Source of the DNA: an uncultured Alphaproteobacteria bacterium
GTDB taxonomy: Bacteria > Pseudomonadota > Alphaproteobacteria > Rhizobiales > Kaistiaceae
Length of the DNA stretch: 64,000 bases
Direction: 5' to 3'
NCBI GenBank assembly: GCA_963732865.1
Contig: CAVTBC010000003.1
Coordinates: 112,481-176,480, forward strand
The notes beneath the pieces were generated by a model. It saw only the letters and a list, made by a program, of their open reading frames with translations, made no database searches and was not told the DNA's origin. Below, piece after piece: positions 59,932 to 64,000 of the stretch; the stretch's first letter is position 1; the number at the start of each line of letters is the position of its first letter. A program made the position numbers and the translations under genes.

Positions 59932-61884
59932 TTACATGCCGCCGGCGACGTTCTCCGGCAGGGCGAACACAAAGAGCGTCGACCCTGCGCGACGATAACG
60001 GTCGCCATCGTTGGCGGCGTCGCCGACATTCACCTGTGAGGTGCTGGAACCGGAGGCTAGGAACGCAATGTACTGCTTGCCGTCATGCATATAGCTGATC
60101 GGCGAGGTGTGCACTTGCGAGCCGATCGGGAACGACCACACGAGATCGCCGGTCGAAGCGTTGTACGCGTCGACCGTTCCGTCGTTGGGGTTGCCCTGGA
60201 GCACGAGGCCGCCTGCGGTGCTGGAGACCGGGATGCGCGCAGCAGAGGAGAACGGGACCGTCCAGGCAATCTGGCTGGTTACCGGATCGATCGCGTCCAG
60301 CGCACCGGCAACGTCGGTCGGCTGCCCATAGTCCGGCGAGTTCCGATCGGCGACGCGGTTGACGCCGTTGGGATTGATCCCCGCCTGGCGCAGCCTGTAG
60401 GCCTCGCCGGCAACGTACTGGCCTGGCACGACGTATTCGGACCAGCAGGTGTTGTCGGCTGAGACGTAGAACAGGCTCGTCTGGTTTGAATAGGAATCGT
60501 TCTCCCAGTTGCGCGCCGAGTTGCCCGGGCACATGTCGACTTCCGTGCCGGTGAAATCGTCACGCCCTGCGGCGCCGGGCATCTGGTAGTCGGTATAGTT
60601 CGCCCGATCGGCTGCATCGGTGAAGGTCCAGCGCCGGATGTCGTACTCCTTGCGGCCCGTCGCCATATCGACGCCCATCGCGTAGTCGACATAGACGAAC
60701 GGCCAAGGCTCGGTGAGCAACTGACCGTCGGTCCGATCCCAGACATAGAAGTAGCCGGAACGGGACGCCTTCATCGCGGTGTGCTCAAGCGTGCCGTCGC
60801 CATTGAGGTCGACATCGACCAGCGGCGTGTTGATCGGCTCATCGAGGTCCCACATGTCGGCGGGAGTGATGTTGTAGGCCCAGATCAGTTCGCCGGTGGT
60901 GGCGTCGCGTGCCATCTGCGAGGCGCACCAGTTGTTGCGATAATCGACAAGACCGCCGTTGGCATCGAGATTCACGACGCCCCATTCGCGGCGATAGTCG
61001 GGGTTCCACGGACCGCAGTTGCCGGTCGAATAGTAGAACATGTCGAGTTCGGGATCGTAGGTGAAATAGCCCCAAACCGTGCCACCGCCATGGCGCCAGG
61101 AATCGCCATACCACGTGGAGAGCGAGCCCTGCTTGTCGTCGGCGTAATACGGGTTGAAGCGCGGGCCGATGCCGACTTCGTTGTCCGGGCCCATCGAGTA
61201 CATGACCCACTGAGTTTGGCCGGTATGGATGTCATAGGCCGAAACGTGCCCACGAACGCCGAACTCGCCGCCCTCGGTGCCGATAATATAGAGATCGCCG
61301 ACAACGAGGCCGTTGCCAGGCGTGTGTTCGGCGATCGTGACGTCGGCGCCAATCGCCCGCCACAGCGCCTCGCCGGTCTGACCATCGAGAGCGAACACCT
61401 GCCCGTCCAGCGTGTGGTAGTAGATGTTGCCTTCGGCATATTGCAGACCGCGGGTTTCGGCGCCGCAGCAAGCCTGCAACGCGTGCTCACGATCAACGTC
61501 CGGGCGGAACTCCCAGATGATGTTGCCGTTGTTGTTGAGGTCGAGGGCCAGCACTTCGTTCGGGGCCTGACCTGAGCCTTCCGACTGGTTCACCGGCGTC
61601 ACGATGTACATCGTGTCACCAACCACCAGCGGCGACGCCTCGAATTGATCGAGGACGCCGATCTGCATCGTCCAGGCGATGGTCAGATCGGCAACGTTGC
61701 TGAGGTTGATCTGATCGAACGTTGAGAAGTTGTGGCCGTCATAGGTGTAGTTTGGCTGGACGACGTCACCGGCGGCGATGTGATCCAGAACGTCCTGGTT
61801 GGCGAAAGCAGAACTGGCAAAACCACAGCCCGCCACGATCGCGATCGTCGATGCGGTTGCCTTCATAAGCATCTTGCTTGTCAT
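59932..61884 (-). CDS. PQQ-dependent dehydrogenase, methanol/ethanol family (copy 2), predicted lanthanide-dependent
   Basis: 650 codons with signal peptide ...GFASSAFA/NQ. QACCG, GGEFGVRG, STGNCGPWNP and MWDLDEP (D346-x-D348). Collinear with copy 1 along its whole length. Confidence 0.9.
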   Translation of the reverse strand: MTSKMLMKATASTIAIVAGCGFASSAFANQDVLDHIAAGDVVQPNYTYDGHNFSTFDQINLSNVADLTIAWTMQIGVLDQFEASPLVVGDTMYIVTPVNQSEGSGQAPNEVLALDLNNNGNIIWEFRPDVDREHALQACCGAETRGLQYAEGNIYYHTLDGQVFALDGQTGEALWRAIGADVTIAEHTPGNGLVVGDLYIIGTEGGEFGVRGHVSAYDIHTGQTQWVMYSMGPDNEVGIGPRFNPYYADDKQGSLSTWYGDSWRHGGGTVWGYFTYDPELDMFYYSTGNCGPWNPDYRREWGVVNLDANGGLVDYRNNWCASQMARDATTGELIWAYNITPADMWDLDEPINTPLVDVDLNGDGTLEHTAMKASRSGYFYVWDRTDGQLLTEPWPFVYVDYAMGVDMATGRKEYDIRRWTFTDAADRANYTDYQMPGAAGRDDFTGTEVDMCPGNSARNWENDSYSNQTSLFYVSADNTCWSEYVVPGQYVAGEAYRLRQAGINPNGVNRVADRNSPDYGQPTDVAGALDAIDPVTSQIAWTVPFSSAARIPVSSTAGGLVLQGNPNDGTVDAYNASTGDLVWSFPIGSQVHTSPISYMHDGKQYIAFLASGSSTSQVNVGDAANDGDRYRRAGSTLFVFALPENVAGGM

Positions 61885-62598
61885 TGGTTCCCTCCCAATT
61901 TTCTATCCCCGTCTGAAACCATCCGTTCGCGCCCCGCTCCCCGGGAACTCGATTGATCTCAGCCATTTCGAAGTATTTCTTCTCTTCTGTATTCCAATTC
62001 CCTCTGACGTATCCGAATTTGAGGCCCAGCAACTTGACAGCTCAACCAATCGGTCGGTCAGTTATTGGCGAACTTCAGATCGCTCCCCGCTCTATTTTGA
62101 GAAATGGCCGTTTCGCCTGTGCGGCCCCATTTCCCTCTTCCGGTTTTGACCTTTCGGCATCCTCGCCGACGGGCGAAGTGGCATCCAGGGCACAACCTGT
62201 GGACAGGCTCCCCAGCCCGTCGCTCTACGTGAGGTAAGCACCCAAGAAGACGAGTTACTTCGCCCCACCTCGTCACACAAACACAGGGACAGGAATGTGT
62301 CAAATTCTGCTCTTGGCAATTCTTAGCGACGGACGCTTCCCACGAGTACTCGTCAATTAGCCCACTGAAAACACGGACTTGCAGGTGTTGGCTGAAGCCA
62401 CAGAACAGACAATCTTACGAAATCGGATTCGTCTCAGCTTTGAGGCGTCTGACATCCACGTTGATTGATTCGGCATGGCGTCGGTGTCGTCCGACTTGAC
62501 GTCAAATTGGGTGAAGCCGTTGGGATTAGGCGCGCCCTTGTCGGGCGCGACCTCGCTATTGCAGCGCCGTCTTGAAATTGGCCCGGCGAACGCGCCGA

Positions 62599-63708
62599 CT
62601 ATGATGTTTTCAACTGCAGAAACCCGGCCGGACCACGGTCGCGGAACTTGGCGGCCTGGCCGTCGACATCCCGCATTGTGCTTGTCGCAGCGTCGGTCAG
62701 ACCGGCGAAGATGTCCCGCGCCTTTCGGTCATATATTTCCAACGCGTCAGCGATCGACTGTCCGCCCTTTATGGAGCGATCCAAAATGTGCGCCAGGATT
62801 CGGGATTCCTGCAGCGCGGAGGATGTCCCCCATCCGGTTTCATAGTGGACGGTCGCATAGGCATCGCCGACCAAGGCGACATTGGCAAAAGCGGCGCGCC
62901 GGTTGCGGGTCGCGCGGAATCGCCGCCACCGCGATTCGCCGCCCAGCGTTCTCCCGCCAAGACCTTCGGCGAACAGCTGATTGATGTGGTGCAGGCCATC
63001 AGGCGAAATGACACCGTCACCGTCGATGAATGGCGCGGCGTCAAAATAGTCCGTGAGTTCGGGGCTGTGCGTCACCACCGCGGACGCCTCGCCGTTGCCA
63101 TGCGGATAAGCCGTGACACGCACCAGGCCGCAGCCAGCAATGTAGATGTAGCCGAAGATGAACTGGTCGAGATTTCCTTCCAGCTCAAGCCAAGCGAAAC
63201 GCGATGTGGCGTCCTCCGACTCCGGCCCGAATATGTCGGCGTAGAGATTTCTGACCAGGCTGCCCGCCCCGTCGGCGCCGACGACGAGATCGGCACGCGC
63301 CTTCTCCCGGCCTATCCGTTCTTCCGAAATGTCGGCGCCATATTCGATCCGCACTCCCAGTTGCGGCGCCGCGGCGCGCAGGAAAGCCAGAAGCCGGGAT
63401 CGCTTGACGCCCCAATAGGGGGTCTCCTGAATCCTTGCTTGCCGCACCAGCTCGCCGCCGTCTGTTTGCCCGGCGAAGACCTGCACGACATTGCCGATCG
63501 GGAAGCAGCTTTCGGCGAAGGCGGCGAAGCCGTCGAGCTGCATCGCCTCCAGTTCCTTCAGGCCGAACGGCAGAAGCGCTATGCCAAGGCCCGGGCTTTC
63601 CCCCTCATTGGCGCGCTCGAAGACAGTGACGTCAGCATCGAGCCGCTTCTTGATGGAGATCGCGGCGCCCAGCCCGGCGGCGCCGCCGCCAATGACGGTA
63701 ACGTTCAT
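62599..63708 (-). CDS. FAD-dependent (group A flavoprotein-like) monooxygenase
   Basis: ATG at 63708 (MNVTVIGGGAAGLGAA, a GxGxxG motif). Also the DG motif VVGADGAGSLVR and the GD motif LVGDAYATVH. Confidence 0.8.
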   Translation of the reverse strand: MNVTVIGGGAAGLGAAISIKKRLDADVTVFERANEGESPGLGIALLPFGLKELEAMQLDGFAAFAESCFPIGNVVQVFAGQTDGGELVRQARIQETPYWGVKRSRLLAFLRAAAPQLGVRIEYGADISEERIGREKARADLVVGADGAGSLVRNLYADIFGPESEDATSRFAWLELEGNLDQFIFGYIYIAGCGLVRVTAYPHGNGEASAVVTHSPELTDYFDAAPFIDGDGVISPDGLHHINQLFAEGLGGRTLGGESRWRRFRATRNRRAAFANVALVGDAYATVHYETGWGTSSALQESRILAHILDRSIKGGQSIADALEIYDRKARDIFAGLTDAATSTMRDVDGQAAKFRDRGPAGFLQLKTS

Positions 63709-63899
63709 TGGCGTGGCTCGTGACGGTTCGGATTGATGGTATTTCTCCCCCGGCCCGACGCCTTTTTGTTGGCTCACAACCTAGCGCCGGGCCGACCATA
63801 TTGGTCGGCTGTGGGCGGTTCAAGCGATCGAAGGTGATTGGACGGGAACGGCAGCATCGGGCATCGTGCGTTCGGGGCTGACCTGTTCGGAGCATGATA

Positions 63900-64000
63900 A
63901 TGATCAGGTTTCGTTCAATTGCCTTCGGCGTTCTGACAGTCATTTGCATCGTCGGGACGAGCCCGGCGAATGCTCAAATCCGTGGTGGTCTCGGTGCGAA
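63900..64000 (+). CDS. hypothetical secreted protein, 5' fragment only
   Basis: ATG at 63900 with GGAG 7 nt upstream. MIRFRSIAFGVLTVICIVGTSPANAQ is signal-peptide-like. The frame runs off the window. Confidence 0.35.
   Translation, partial: MIRFRSIAFGVLTVICIVGTSPANAQIRGGLGA

Noticed and set aside
62499-62508. Perfect 10-bp palindrome TTGACGTCAA as an FNR/CRP-type site
   Set aside because: It lacks the N4-N6 spacer of FNR/CRP boxes. It lies 3' of the monooxygenase gene and far (more than 600 bp) from the next start. I mention it only as part of the long AT-rich region.
44391-64000. A second copy of the tRNA-Ser 3' end (attR) that would delimit the island
   Set aside because: I found only trivial 7-mers such as tccctcc. 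No convincing direct repeat is visible by eye, so the right boundary stays undefined.

Overview
High-GC chromosome segment, most likely alphaproteobacterial (Hyphomicrobiales-like). That placement is an inference from irr-fabA-fabB-fabI synteny, a class-I LysRS, a plant-type GshA, a tRNA-His without G-1 and a PdhS-type kinase. Positions 1-44.3 kb are tightly packed core DNA. They hold a sigma-54 regulator, ribF, aceB, a peroxiredoxin, gshA, rsmE, xseA, an OMP, tRNA-His, a soluble PAS histidine kinase, fbpAB, asmA, glk, bfd-bfr, two RNA methyltransferases, lspA, lysK, irr, fabABI, lepA, otsBA, msrA and an aldo-keto reductase. tRNA-Ser(GGA) at 44301-44390 marks a switch to patchy, visibly lower-GC accessory DNA that runs to the window end. 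This accessory part has three blocks. (i) A decayed island with two serine-recombinase 3' remnants, a stand-alone peptidase-S74 (tail-fibre chaperone) domain lipoprotein and small secreted or membrane proteins. (ii) A NitT/TauT-type ABC importer followed by thiolase-like, DUF35 and family-III CoA-transferase genes. (iii) A minus-strand cluster with two 650-aa PQQ quinoprotein dehydrogenases, roughly four-fifths identical by eye, both with the lanthanide-type D-x-D active-site motif, plus a c-type cytochrome, a patatin-like lipase, LysR and MDR gene debris and a FAD monooxygenase. I saw no rRNA, CRISPR array, intact IS or integrase, or recognisable defence or toxin system. Five conserved genes (a HAD hydrolase, fbpB, lysK, lepA, msrA) carry nine single-base frame disruptions in otherwise intact reading frames, which looks more like assembly error than decay. 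The best candidates for new biology are the atypical PQQ-dehydrogenase pair and the uncharacterised secreted two-gene operon at 35-36 kb. I did not find a clear-cut novel multi-gene system.
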